Shown here one piece after another: positions 13,801-26,570 of a stretch of DNA of 64,000 nucleotides. The first letter of the stretch is position 1, and each line of letters starts with the position of its first letter. A program made the translations under genes and the position numbers. The stretch comes from Podarcis bocagei. Its lineage: Eukaryota. Under the pieces are notes generated by a model. That model worked only from the letters and a program-made list of their open reading frames with translations, made no database searches and was not told the DNA's origin. The stretch is taken from the NCBI GenBank assembly GCA_964188305.1, contig OZ076886.1; one strand, 5' to 3'.

Positions 13801-14152
13801 GGGATGCTGTTTTATGGAGCCCTCATTAGGAGGTGACAGGTATGCTGAGAATGTAAGAGCTAATTACATTGCCCCAATCAGAGGAAGTGGTGTGAATATA
13901 TACACATATGGACATGAAACCGATCAGAGCAACTCTAGCTTGCTGGCTACATGTGTTGTCTGGGTGAAAGGGCTTGGCGAACTGAAGTTGCTTGGTAAAA
14001 CAGGATAGAGGGAAGTAGTTGTGGCAGTTCAAGATAAGGAAGGCTCTGAAAACACAGGTTTATTTCATTAAGCACCTGTGTATGACCAAATAAATATGTC
14101 CCAATCTCTAAGCAGCTCAAATCAGCCAACTTCATTAAGCTGACTCTTAGGT

Positions 14153-14490
14153 AAAAGGTAAAGGGACCCCTGACCATTGGGTCCACTCGCAGATGACTCT
14201 GGGGTTGCGGCGCTCATCTTGTTTTATTGGCCGAGGGAGCCGGCGTACAGGTCATGTGGCCAGCATGACTAAGCCACTTCTGGCGAACCAGAGAGGCACA
14301 CGGAAACGCCGTTTACCTTCCTGCTGGAGCAATACCTATTTATCTACTTGCACGTGCTTTCAAACTGCTTGGTTGGCAGAGCAGGGACCGAGAAGCGGGA
14401 CCACACCCTGTCGCGGGGATTTGAACCGCTGACCTTCCAACCGGCAAGCCCTAGGCTCAGTGGTTTAGACCACAGCACCACCCACGTCCC
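14153..14490 (-). mobile_element. Sauria SINE, near full length
   Basis: tRNA-like head GGGACGTGGGTGGTGCTGTGG and ACCTTT-repeat tail on minus; 10-bp TSD actcttaggt at 14143-14152 and 14491-14500. Confidence 0.92.
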
Positions 14491-16996
14491 ACTCTTAGGT
14501 TTCCTCAAACAACTTAGTTCAAAATGCTTGCTCTTCCTCAATCAGATATTCTGGAGAGCCTTCTTCATGTGATATTTTGCATCCACAGAATTTCCAGGAC
14601 ACTTTAGAACACACATGCAGATTACATCCAAACCAATGTATACAATCTACAGAGCCTTTCCAAAAGATATTCCACAGACATTAAATAACACTGCTAAAAC
14701 TAGTCCTCAGAGGAAGGAATTTCCAAGACAATCTCCATGTGAATTTTACAAATGTTCCTTCCAGCTGCAACATATAAATAATAATCCAGTACACAACACG
14801 GTACTAGCTCCTGTAAGTAATTGTTTGGTTCAAATATGTTTGTAGAGGATAAGTGCAAATTCACAGAGGACAGATTTATCTATTATTTATTACCCATGTG
14901 TTCAGAGATAGCATCTTCTAATTACCAGATGCTGGGACAAGCAACAATATATGCTATCACCACCATGCCCTGCTTATGAATCTTCCTAAGGCAACTGCCT
15001 GACTGCCATTGGAGTCAGAATGCTGAATATACAGGTCTTTCATCTGATCAAGTAAGGCAATGTTTAAGTTTTCGTGAACCACTAACATATGGACTCTTGG
15101 CAGCTTCCTAGTCCATGCTCCCTTAGAGGCACCTTTTTGTGCTTTTTCTGCAGTTTCCCCATCTTCTCATTTATTAATGTATGTTAGATGTTGTACAAGT
15201 CCACTCCTAAAGGTTCACCAATCTTAACAAAAATATTTTAAAACTAACTCTCCAATGTTTCATCTCTATCCTAAATTTTGTCTCTATTCCATTAGTTGTG
15301 TGCTTTTCTTTCTAACTCAATAATGGAAACCTTTTATTTAAGATCTCACATATTTTTAATGTGAATCTCTGTCAACCGCACTTGCATTTTCAGTTTGTGC
15401 AGCTTACTTGCCAGTGATTTCTTTACTGTGGGTAGGAAACAACTGGCTAAAGCTCTGCATTTCCTAAGAATTCAGCAGCTTGAAGGGCTGATAAAATGGG
15501 AACACCCTATTGGAATGTATTGTTATGGGTGAGCGGCACACATGGACCCTGCAGATTCCATTGGAATTGATTGAAAAAAAGGAGAATTCACAACCTTCAG
15601 CAAGAGAAAAGAGGGGGGATTTAATTCCCCCCCTCTAGTATCATGGAAACACTGCAGCTAAAATCAAATGCACAAAAAAGACTCCTCTAAAATGATGGGC
15701 AGAACTTGGAGGGGCAGGTTTCTTGATGAAGGTGAATGTTGGAAGTAAATCCGAAAATACTTGACTCAAAAAACAAATACACACTACTCAGGAATATAAG
15801 AGTGCCAACAGCAACACCCGCAACTTTTAGCTCAGATTGTATACATATAGGTTAAGTCTCATGACAAGATGTCTTGTTTAGTAGCAAATAAATGAAAGGT
15901 TTGGAAAACCTACTGACTGAAACTTGATGCTCTCTATATATCAAGCCAGTGCCATTTTCCCCTGAAATATTCCCAAGAACCAACTTCTGCCGTGCTTGGA
16001 CCCATTGCCACTTTTAGGGGTTGCATATGGGTTTAAGCACACTGGGGAACACATTGGAGGTGAGGCTGCTCTGACAGTTTGGCCAGGAAAAATTATTTCT
16101 TAATTCCGAGATGTTTTATACACATTATTTAGATGCACAAATGGATGGATTGCATCTGCCTATAACTTTAAGCACCAATCCTGCTACTCCCAGTACAAAT
16201 TGTCAACACTAGGTGCTTTCTTCCCATCATGCTTTCCACAATGCAACACCTTCCTCAGAAGAAAGTAATATAGCCAAGAGTGGCTTTCCAGATAGGACCT
16301 GAACTTATACAATCATGCCTCTGGAACTAATTTTATGCTCCTCACTTGGAAGAAAGCATCTAATGTGGTGATAGCAAGACTATCAGGACCGAAAAGTTTC
16401 TGCTTGGGTGTGCATGTTTGTTGTGAAGGGAGATGTTGAAAGTTTAATGAGCAATTGCTATTGTTCTGGTCATGTCTGTATCACCTGCTTCTGCTTGGTG
16501 ACTAGCTGACCTAATTTAAAGGGAGAGAGTGTCTGTATGGATATGGGGGATAGATAGGAGCACAATCTGAGGAAAGACTGGACAAATGAGAACAGTGATA
16601 GTGATGGCTATGCCTCGTGCTGACGGCCACCCACAAACCAGGGTCAAAACTTGTGCCAGCTATGACATAATATAGGCTTTCTAGCCTTCCACTTTGCTGC
16701 CGCATAACAAGTCTGCCCTCGTACAAATGCCCACAGTAATTAAAACACGGAGCAAGAAAGCATGACTGGCTTCCACCTGACTTGCTCATGGGAGATAATG
16801 TGGCCAGGAAGCACGCACAGAAAAGGGGGGGGGGGTCTCTGAAGCCATCTGCTTCCCATTCGAGGTATGTCCTGGACTCCTTTGGGAGGAAGGGCGGTAT
16901 ATAAATTTAATAAATGCCTTCAAACAGCAGCACAGAAGCACCTGAATTTGTGGCCCACAATTTAGGATCTGCCAGCTGATCCTTTTTAAAACTGGA

Positions 16997-17343
16997 GATG
17001 ATGATGATGATAATAATAATAATAATTTATTATTTATACCCCGCCCATCTGGCTGGGTTTCCCCAGCCACTCTGGGCGGCTTCCAACAAAACACTAAAAT
17101 ACAATAACCTATTAAACATTAAAGGCTTCCCTAAACAGGGCTGCCTTCAGATGTCTTCTAAAAGTTTGGTAGTTATTTTTCTCTTTGACATCTGGTGGGA
17201 GGGTGTTCCACAGGGCGGGTGCCACTACTGAGAAAGCCCTCTGCCTGGTTCCCTGCAACTTGGATTCTCGCAGCGAGGGGACTGCCAGAAGGCCCTCGGC
17301 GCTGGACCTCAGTGTCCGGGCAGAACGATGGAGGTGGAGACGC
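16997..17343 (-). mobile_element. 5'-truncated L2-clade LINE 3' end
   Basis: Minus ORF ...LRSSAEGLLAVP...RAFSVVAPALWNTLP...FRRHLKAALFREAF is a typical L2 ORF2 C-terminus; short 3' UTR and (TAA)/(TGA) microsatellite tail. Confidence 0.88.
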
Positions 17344-17889
17344 CAGGGATTCAGCTTAGGACCTGGTTGAAACTGCAACAACGGCAGAGTCAAAGTCACT
17401 CTGAAGTCAAGGGACGTTATCCTCAAAATGTGCAGTCAGCTGGCACAGGGGGTCTTCAAATGTTCCAGAGGTCCCTCCACCGCAATGGGAACCAGTCATC
17501 TCTTGATCATTTGAAGTAGCTCTGCTGGGCAGCTGCTAAGGAAGGCAAACACAGGCTGCAAAATGGCCCTCATTGTGGTCTCATGGTAGGCATGATTATG
17601 TGTACTAACCAGTGTTTTGTTGACTTCAGGGTGAGACTTGTATCATTTTCATGATCTACTTGAGATCCCTGCAATGCATGGGGTTGGACTAGTTGACCCA
17701 CAGGACCCCTTCCAACTCTCAAAAGTAACATATATGGTCATATCCAGCACACTTATGAACTCTGCCTTAATTCTTGCAGAGCGCTGGATATTTTCCTCCG
17801 TTGTCTAATATTCATTCCCAAAGCTAACGTACATTTGTGGATGACATCCCCTTATCACCTTGTTAATGAGTGATAATACAAAAACACTA

Positions 17890-18560
17890 TTTACCCCACC
17901 GTTGTGTTAGAAAAAAACAGTGGCAGAAACTGTATAAATTGATTCCAACAACATCCACAACTGGCCCAAACGAACTTGCCCCACAAACAAAGAAGAAAGC
18001 AAAGTGGGACCAAACACAACAGAGATCCAGTTAATATCTGAGGAAGAAATCCCGAAGCAGGGACTAAACACAACAGAGATCCAGTTACTATCTGAGGAAT
18101 AAATCCAGGAGCGGGGTATCAAAACAAATTAAGCAATAGAAGGAGCACCCCTGAACCCTGGAAGGAAAACATCTGGAAGTATAGATATTAGAGAAGATAT
18201 GATCCATAACATTGATTGTGACATATTACAGGGTAACTCAGTTGCCTGGCAAACCTTGGTCCAGGGAAAAGGATAGAATTTGATATTGATACCCCGAAAA
18301 CTTGTATGTGTCAGCTACCCAAAACCAAAGGCCTTTCTATCACGGATAGATCACATAATGCATCTTCTGGACACCTTAAATGATATGGTACCAGGTGTAG
18401 TAAAACCAAACGACATTGCTTCTATAGAGTACTTATAGTATTTACCCCAATTTGTTAAATGCATCGGTAGAGATGCGAGCATGGTGTAATTAACAATACT
18501 AGTGCCTATTCCAGGAGAAATTTGATGTGGAAATAACCAGACCATTTTAAACTAAAGCAA
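17890..18560 (+). mobile_element. Decayed non-LTR retrotransposon ORF1-like fragment
   Basis: One frame reads through a few stops (...LILIPRKLVCVSYPKPK...IMHLLDTLNDMVPGVVKPNDIASIEYL); purine/A-rich sense strand; internal in-frame 54-bp duplication. Family assignment rests on resemblance only. Confidence 0.45.
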
Positions 18561-19804
18561 CCATTCTGTTTCTTGGGATCAGTAGAGGCAATGTGGAAAG
18601 TGGCTGACATTAAAGAGAAATGACAACTCTGAGCACAAGGAAACAGTTCATCTCACAGCTGGCATGAAACTGACCAATCCTCTCTAACTCCTCCCCTGGC
18701 AGAGGGGAAATAATCTGAGTTTCAAGAGGTCAGAGCTTCAGGTGAGAGGTCACTTGATTTCCCCGCCTCTAGAAATAAAATTTCGCTGTGTCTCTATAAA
18801 TATTTAAAAGAGCAGCGGGACTGGGGGCAGGGAGGACGACACATTTCTCTTTATTAACTCCTCACTGGCACACACTTCCAGGCTCCCCCTCTCCCTTTGT
18901 TTTCTTATTTTCCTGAATTTAAACAGGAGAAAGATTTTCAAACCCACCCACAGAGGGCTCAGGGGCAAGAGGCCACTGGGGAGAAGAGGACATTGCAATT
19001 GGGAAGAACATGTGTTTGTATTTCTTTGTGAAGGGATGCACGCACGCACGCACACACAAGATCCCTTCTCCCGTTTACATTGTGCAAACTTAACACAAAT
19101 TTCCATTTTCCCCCTCCCTGACCTATAGTCCTACTTGCATTTAGAGCCCAAGCGTCTACTGTTGAAAAGTGACTTCATGCTGAATTTGGGTGCTACACGG
19201 CCTTCCTTAGCTCTCACGCTGCAAGGCTCGGCCATCCCTTTCTTTCGCTAGTTTTCCCACACTTTCTGCCGCTCATTGTATGCCTGATGCTTTTTCTATC
19301 TGCCTATTCAGCTCAAATTAGTCACGAGCAGCCCCCAGCTTAGAGAGGAAAAATAAATTAGGTAGTGTTTTAAACACAGTTTGATTAGAATGATTTCACC
19401 CCCACCCACCCCTTTGCTGAAGAAGGGGAAATGCATACCCTCAAAAAGATAGTGTCCTCTCTAATAAAACCCTTCTCCCAATGCAGGAGTGGGGCACAAG
19501 GCAGGGAGAATAAATACGGAGGGACAGTTACCCTTGAAGGGTACAGAAGGTGGCTAGGTAAGTAAAGGAGGTGGGGAACAGGAGTTATGACTATACTACT
19601 ATTATAGGACAGTAGATATGACTGATAAGCAACGTATTCCAAAAAGTATTTTTATTTAAAGCACTGAAATGGGGGGCATGGGCAAAGTGTAGATGGACCT
19701 ATAATAAGATCTCAAACCATCCTTTAAATCAGCTAGTCATGTTTTCTGTGCATATTTACATTTATCTTTTATTTCCAATAGTTAACCTGGACTGCAGCTG
19801 TTCT

Positions 19805-20260
19805 GTTTCAACTAAATTTTACTCAGAGTAGATCCACTGAAATTAATGGACCTAACTTTGAAATTAATGAACATGACTATTGGGACGCGGGTGGCGCTGT
19901 GGGTTAAACCACAGAGCCTAGGACTTGCTGATCAGAAGGTTGGCGGTTCGAATCCCCCCAACGGGGTGAGCTCCCATTGCTTGGTCCCTGCTCCTGCCAA
20001 CCTAGCAGTTTGAAAGCACGTCAAAGTGCAAGTAGATAAATAGGCGGGAAGGTAAACGGCGTTTCCGTGTGCTGCTCTGGTTTGCCAGAAGCGGCTTAGT
20101 CATGCTGGCCACATGCCCCGGAAGCTGTACGCCGGCTCCCTCAGCCGGTAAAGCGAGATGAGCGCCGCAGCCCCAGTGTCGGTCACGACTGGACCTAATG
20201 GTCAGGGGTCCCTTTACCTTTTTACTATTGCCCTACTCTGAGTAAAACTTAGCTGAATAC
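19805..20260. mobile_element. MITE-like element with about 27-bp TIRs, interrupted by a Sauria SINE
   Basis: gtttcaactaaattttactcagagtag (19805-19831) is an imperfect reverse complement of ctactctgagtaaaacttagctgaatac (20233-20260). Confidence 0.7.
19882..20223 (+). mobile_element. Sauria SINE, full length
   Basis: GGGACGCGGGTGGCGCTGTGG head, B-box GGTTCGAATCC, tail ccctttacctttt; TSD actatt at 19876-19881 and 20224-20229. Confidence 0.93.
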
Positions 20261-20442
20261 CTCCCATTTCGTTCTCAATTAAAGAAAACAACTGCCACCA
20301 ATGGGCCTTTGGTTCAGTATAATAAAGGGATAGAAAAAGATGCTTGTATATTCATTCATCTATGTCCTGTAATGGAGAAACAGTAAAATTGCCTCCTCTG
20401 ATTTAGAAGCAGCAGTTACAGCAGAATTAACAAATGTTAGCA

Positions 20443-20538
20443 CAGGCTTCCTCAAAGTCGGCCCTCCAGCTGTTTTGAGACTACAATTCCCATCATCCCG
20501 GACCACTGGTTCTGCTAGCTAGGGAGTTGTAGGCCAAT
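20443..20538. mobile_element. Truncated copy of the hairpin MITE family seen at 33295
   Basis: ggccctccag..gactacaattcccatcatcc..gggagttgtaggcc shared with 33295-33430. Confidence 0.75.
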
Positions 20539-22094
20539 AATAATCCTAACCACTGGATTAGAAGCAGCTATTAGGTTCTTCCCTCCATCAACTGCTACCT
20601 GACAAAAGCAATTCTGTCCAAAGATGGAACACAGTAGACAGAGGTAGAGGTTGGAAGCAGAGCCATTAAATTGGCCCAGCTGAGAGATAAGTAATTTTTG
20701 GCTCATCATCTCCTTGTACTGTTTTCTGTTCCAGCTGGTTGTTATAAGAACTGTGTAACTAAAGAACTAGTGCATGAGTTTGCTTTTTTCCTTCTCTCTC
20801 CCAATTTTCCTTTTACATTCTTTCAGATTGTAAGCATCAGCCCTGGGACTGTCTTAATATTGATATTCATAAACTGCTCTGGGAGCTATTTTTGGCTGGA
20901 GAGTGGGACAAAAACTCTTTAAATCAGCAGAGTGGAGAAGCTTTCGCAGCCCAAGGGCCACAATCCCTCCTGAGCAGCCTTCTCGAGGCAGCACACTATT
21001 TATGGACAGAGCCAGGGGCAAATAAGATGGGTACAGCAAGGGACACAGCTCTTCCCTTTGTACAGTAGACTACATTCCAGCCATGCAAAAGTCAGAGGTT
21101 TCTACACCCCCATCTATTCAGACAAGTAAGGGTGCATAGTCAGTTCAAGAATAACTTCCTGCCAGGCAAGAACAGTTGAAGAGGGTATGCATCAAGGCCA
21201 CTGATGGGTGTCGCATTGGAAAATAGGGTGCAGATTGCAGAGAGTCCCAAGGGCTGTACAGAGAGGCCTGCATTTAATTCCCAGGCCTTCACTTTCCTCC
21301 TTTTTTTTTAATGAACAAGAATGAAACTTACGGAAGAATGAACCGTTACAGTAGCAATACTATCCTTAAATGCGTGGCAAGATTGCAGCAGTTACCAGAA
21401 TTTGCTCCAGGCTGAATATTTCTTGGATTCTATCTACACAAGTGTTTGAGTTAATGTAGGCAACTAGATTTCCATTTGGCGATACCTGACCAAAACAGGA
21501 TGTTTGTTTTCTAGCAGCTGCTGCCATGATTTACAGGCATTTTAATACTTCTGTGAAACACAAAGTAGACAATATGAATACTGCACACCAAAGCCAATTC
21601 AGTGTGAGAATCGAGGCCATTGCCTTTTTTGCCTCAAAACTGGTGTATGTCCCTTAGACAAATTATTAGGAGTGCACACCCAAAATTAATTAATGTAGAT
21701 TAATGCCGTAACTGTCCTTTTATACTCTACCACTAGAGTGGTTAATGAATAGTTAAGAGTCAATAGCACCCCTCCTTACAGCACCCTTGTGTGGAGTGGG
21801 AATTAGCAATTGAGTACAGAACTAGGAGGGAGTAATTATTTGAATGAATTAATGTGAAAAAGAAAAAATAAGATGTGATCACTCCGGGCCCTAGTTTTGT
21901 TTTTGTTGAGCTAAGAATAAATATGAAGGTGGATGCACAAAGATAAATGCCTCTTTGAGATTTATTTCTCTGCAAACGATATAGCAAGGACAAGATCCGT
22001 CCCAACCACAACAATTAAGCTTTGCTAGATAAGACTGTACAATTATATAAATATTATCTGGACCTTTCTTTAGGAACTTAACTAGTAACTATTT

Positions 22095-22175
22095 CCAGAT
22101 GGGTAGCCATGTTAGTTTCTTGCAGCAAAACCTAAGAATCTCGTGGCACCCTAAACATCAACAAAAATTATTACG
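22095..22175 (+). mobile_element. Penelope-like terminal repeat fragment (second copy at about 25585-25655)
   Basis: gggtagccatgttagt..tgcagcaaaa..gtggcaccctaaa resembles the reptile Penelope-type terminus; similar text at 25590-25650. Confidence 0.45.
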
Positions 22176-24090
22176 GCTAATAACTACAAGCTGTTTCATA
22201 AACTTAAACATATAATTTCTTAGCGATATGTATAGATATTTTAGAAAAAAAACCCCAAATGATGTGACCTTGGTTGTTATAGTACTGCTTTCAGAAGGGG
22301 AGAACCTGTGCACCCCTTCTCTCTTCTTTCATTTGGTGCAAGTTGGATAAACAGAAATAACCAGAATATATGAGAAAAATCCTATGATTAACTGAAACTC
22401 AGTGTAGTATTGAAAATGAATAATCAGAATTATGCATTTTCTACAGTTAAAACACCACACTGAGAATTAAGCAAGACCATTACATGTTCCCTTAGCTGCA
22501 GTTTTGTAAACTTGCATGCCAGTAGATGTAAACACAAAAGGTACATTCAGTTATGCTCTGATCTCTCAAAGAGCAAGATACAAGTATTGCCGTAAAGAAG
22601 CAGTTGTGTTATGAAACCAGGAATGCAATGCAGTTCTGGTTTCATCATAAGCTACAAAACATTTCAACCAAGTAATCAAACTGCCAAAAGTTTATGAGTA
22701 GAAAACACATATTACAAAATTAAACATATAAAATAAAATCACAATATTCATTTTGAGAAATTAGGGTGTTGAACTGATACCATACGACCTCAGGACCAGA
22801 TCATTAGAAAATTGCTCAGAGATAGCATGGATAATGAAAGCACAAGCACATTGGAAAAGCACAAATAAAACACACAATATTTAATGAATTCAGTATAAAA
22901 TCAACAAGAGTCAGCTAATGGCTTTTAAATGCATTCTTTAATCTGTATTATACACAAAAGAAAGGAGTTGTGTGTTGGATACAAAAAAAAGCCATTCACC
23001 TTTGAATGAAAAATTAGGATAAACCCCCCCCCCCCAAACACACATACTCGGAGCACAAATGGAACAACATTCATTCCAAAAGCCAAACCAATAACAGTAT
23101 ATAAATCCAGACACAAACAGGAAAGGATACCTTTAGTACATAGAAAAAGTCTAGTAACTTCTTCCCTATATAAAATATGAAATATACCTGTAAAAAGGGG
23201 TTTTGGCTATATGAAATAAAACAGGAATAAAGATGGAATCACTTGGACAGAGGTATATTTTTGGTGAGATAGCCCTGCACTTCTGAAACAAGCATGAATA
23301 AGTTATTTGGAAGAAAATGAGATGCAACAATGTGATAGGACAGAGGCTTTCTCCAATTTGTTATCTTTATTAAATTGCAACTAGAAGCATTTTGACTCAA
23401 AAGAGAAACAAAAAACAGTGCAATTTGAAAATCCACCTGGGAAATGAAAGTAGTGTAAAAACACTGAACTTGAACATTACATTTTACAACAATTCTTTCC
23501 ACAGCTATAATCTTAGAGCTTTTTGATGCTACTTTCAGAGAAGGAAATTATCAGCATTTGCAGTAAATGAACTTTCAGAAACTCATGGTAAAGTTTTTCA
23601 CTTTCCGCATCCTGGGATGCTCTATACTGCAGCCAGTCACAGTCTGATACAATTCATCCCATTATATGGGTTAAAAACATCATTTAGAATACATAATAGC
23701 TGCACAAGGCATTAAAAAAAGGACTAATGCTTCAGCTGACAATAATATATGACCCATATAGATGTAAGGCTGACATCATATGACTTCCTAAGACCTAATG
23801 TTAGAGAACTTTTAGCAGAACTCAAGGAGATAAATACTTTTAAGTATAAAAACAGTTTCAGATTGGGGTCAGTCAGGTGAGACAGATGAACTTTTTGAGT
23901 TATTTTACTAGACACAGAAGAGGAAGACTATTTCTGAGCCATGGGCAATGTGAGAATTGAAATAAAGAGACAATGAACGGCTTTGTAAAATTACAGGGAA
24001 GGTTCAAACAGCTCTGGATTTACGTACTACTTCAACTGGAGTTCAATAATGTGACAAAAATATTAATATTCCTCATATTTTGCAAATCCC

Positions 24091-24222
24091 TTTATTTTGT
24101 GCAGCTGCTTTCATCTGTACAGAGAGGAAGCAAGTTGGAGGCATAGTTTGGTTACAAGTGGCTAACGAGAGAATTTGCCAGAGAATTCCAATTGTTACAT
24201 ACACAAACAGAACACTTTTATT
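24091..24222 (-). terminator. Candidate SARNP polyadenylation signals
   Basis: AATAAA on the minus strand (tttatt on +) at 24217-24222 and 24091-24096, about 190 and 320 nt past the stop; another at 23366-23371. Confidence 0.5.
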
Positions 24223-24414
24223 CTAGGCTCTGAAATTTGTTTCTTTTACAAGTCTGCCAGGGAGGGGTGAGGGGAAAGCCCAAATGAAGAGCTCGTCTTA
24301 AAATACAAAGCCAAGATTTGTGTGGGGGAGAAAATTATATTCCTCATTAGGGACGAAGAACAAGAATGTATAAAAGATACATCCCAAACAAGTAAAGGCT
24401 AAGAGGAAGAATCA

Positions 24415-24456
24415 TCAGACGATGCCAAAACGTTCTGCTCTTTTTCTCTTCTTTGC
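24415..24456 (-). CDS. SARNP: SARNP last coding exon (exon 11): AKKRKRAERFGIV*
   Basis: tatttgcag acceptor; matches human C-terminus AKKRKRAERFGIA; TGA stop followed by a second TGA. Confidence 0.97.
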   Translation of the reverse strand, partial: AKKRKRAERFGIV

Positions 24457-26480
24457 CTGCAAATAGGGATTAAAGAGAGAGAAAATCAAGAACAAGGGGA
24501 ATGGCAATGCTGAGCATGTGTTTTGGCAGAAGGAAAGGTAGAAAGCCTATAGGAAGTGTCACAGTGTTGGTTTAAGAAAGCATTTTTCATATCAAATTTC
24601 ACAAGGGGCACTGCAATTGCAACAGGGCCTCCAACCAGAGTCAGAAATTAAGCTGTAAAAGCATGAGATACAGTGGCCTGGTGGTTGCTTCATCTTGCTG
24701 GGTTATACAAGAGAGCTATGCTTGGAACAATGACCACTTTACAGGCCTGGAAAGCCTTCCAGGCAATGGGGAGGTGGGAAATGTAAAAGGCCAAAGGGTT
24801 AACACTCTTCTATTCATGAGGAAGGCGAGAGGGACACAGTCAAATGCATTAAATATACTCATGCGTCTCTGAGATATGCCTCCAAGTTAATACACCAGGG
24901 GCATATAAATCTTAATTTTTACCAGGATAAATAGCCTAGGGGGTAGCAGAAGTCCTAATCAAGAATCTCCAGGGGAAAGGTGCCATTCAGCATATACAAT
25001 ACTAGAAAAAGACCTTTTTGTTTCAGGCACACTCTCTAAGTGACCTAACGGAAAAGTATGGAATCCCTCAGACCAGAGCCCAGCCACCCCCTTCGCTCAA
25101 ATTGAACAGGGGGATCATTCTACAGCTGCTACTTCATTTTGTAGCGCAATGCTTGCATAGCATCTGGCAAAAACAAAAAGCACCAAACCATATCTGAACC
25201 CCACACAAGATGCCAAAGAAAATAAACTTCCTGCATAGAATATTCAGGATTCCTCAAAGGAGGAGGAATCAGGGACCCAAATACTGCTTCCATTCCATAG
25301 GCAAAATAGGACCCCTTGTGATGGGCATTGTGGCTCAATACCAATCACAATTAGCATGAATATGGATTTACAGAAACAAAGAATTGTCATGCTAGAGTAG
25401 GAGGATTAAAATTAGGCAAATAGTTCAAAGAAGGGATCATAAGACACATAAGACGACAGATTCTTGCCACAAAGAATTTGCAAAATGTGACATGAGGAAA
25501 GCACTACTGAAGTGTTAGAATAACTATGAAATGTCTGGGGAAAACCCCTAGGTTTCAACAGGAAAAATAATAATTTTATACAGAGACATAGGCTATGTCA
25601 GTCGCTTGCAGCAGAATCAGTGGGTCTTGTGGCACCTTAAAGACTAACAAATTTAGTATAAAATGAAATTGTTATTGTACAAAATAAACAAACAAACTGC
25701 TATTATAAAACAACATTGGATTCCTTTAGTACCCTTCTGTGATATTTTCGTGAGGTGAATAAACTTACAGCATGGTGCAAAAATAAAGAAGCCAAGTGTG
25801 GGGTTCAAGCTTCTAAAATCTACAACATCAACAGCTCGCTTTTGTTGGACATTTATTTAGACCATTCTCCTTGCCATTGATTTCAGTAGGCAGTTGTTTT
25901 TTTTAGTGGTATAAAGAGGCAGGTAGATAATGTTCCATACACCCAGCATGGTATTTGTTTCACATCAAATTGAAAATCACCATGCTACCACTGCAATGGA
26001 TAGAAAGCTGGGTTTGGACCTGATGACCCAGATTCCAGTTCCAACTAACTGGGTGGTCTTGGACAATTCACAGGGGTTGTTATGAGGATAAAGTTAGCAA
26101 CTATAAGCTTATAGTCTCCTCTTTCTCATCAATATAGTGATAGAAAAATCTGAAGCAATATAGATTATTCCCCCCCCCCCAGAAAATACCCCCCTCCCCA
26201 CACAAAGCACAGTAATGACCTAATGTATTATCTTTGAAGTGGAAAAGAAGCAATTTCTGAGGTCGCCCATTGATGGAGTATCTGAAGTATTATATGACCA
26301 CCTAGGATAGTTTAGTGGGACCATGGGGGTGGGGGCAGAGAACAGGATAAAAGAGACACAGTGCCATCTTGTGGAGTGTTTGGCATTCTTTCACAATTCA
26401 TCACAAATTGTCCTCAGCTTCTACCCACACCATTATAATAATAGAACATGCCCCTTATCAGCTTTGGTTTGACAAGTTAC

Positions 26481-26570
26481 CTCTGCATCTTCTGTGGTTG
26501 CTGCCCCAGCCGAGCTTGTTACGATACCAAACCTCTCCTTTCTTTTTTTGAGCTTTTCATCATCTTCCGT
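26481..26570 (-). CDS. SARNP: SARNP exon, 90 nt (exon 10): TEDDEKLKKRKERFGIVTSSAGAATTEDAE
   Basis: tttttgtatag acceptor, GAG/gtaact donor; matches human SEDDEKLKKRKERFGIVTSSAGTGTTEDTE. Confidence 0.97.
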
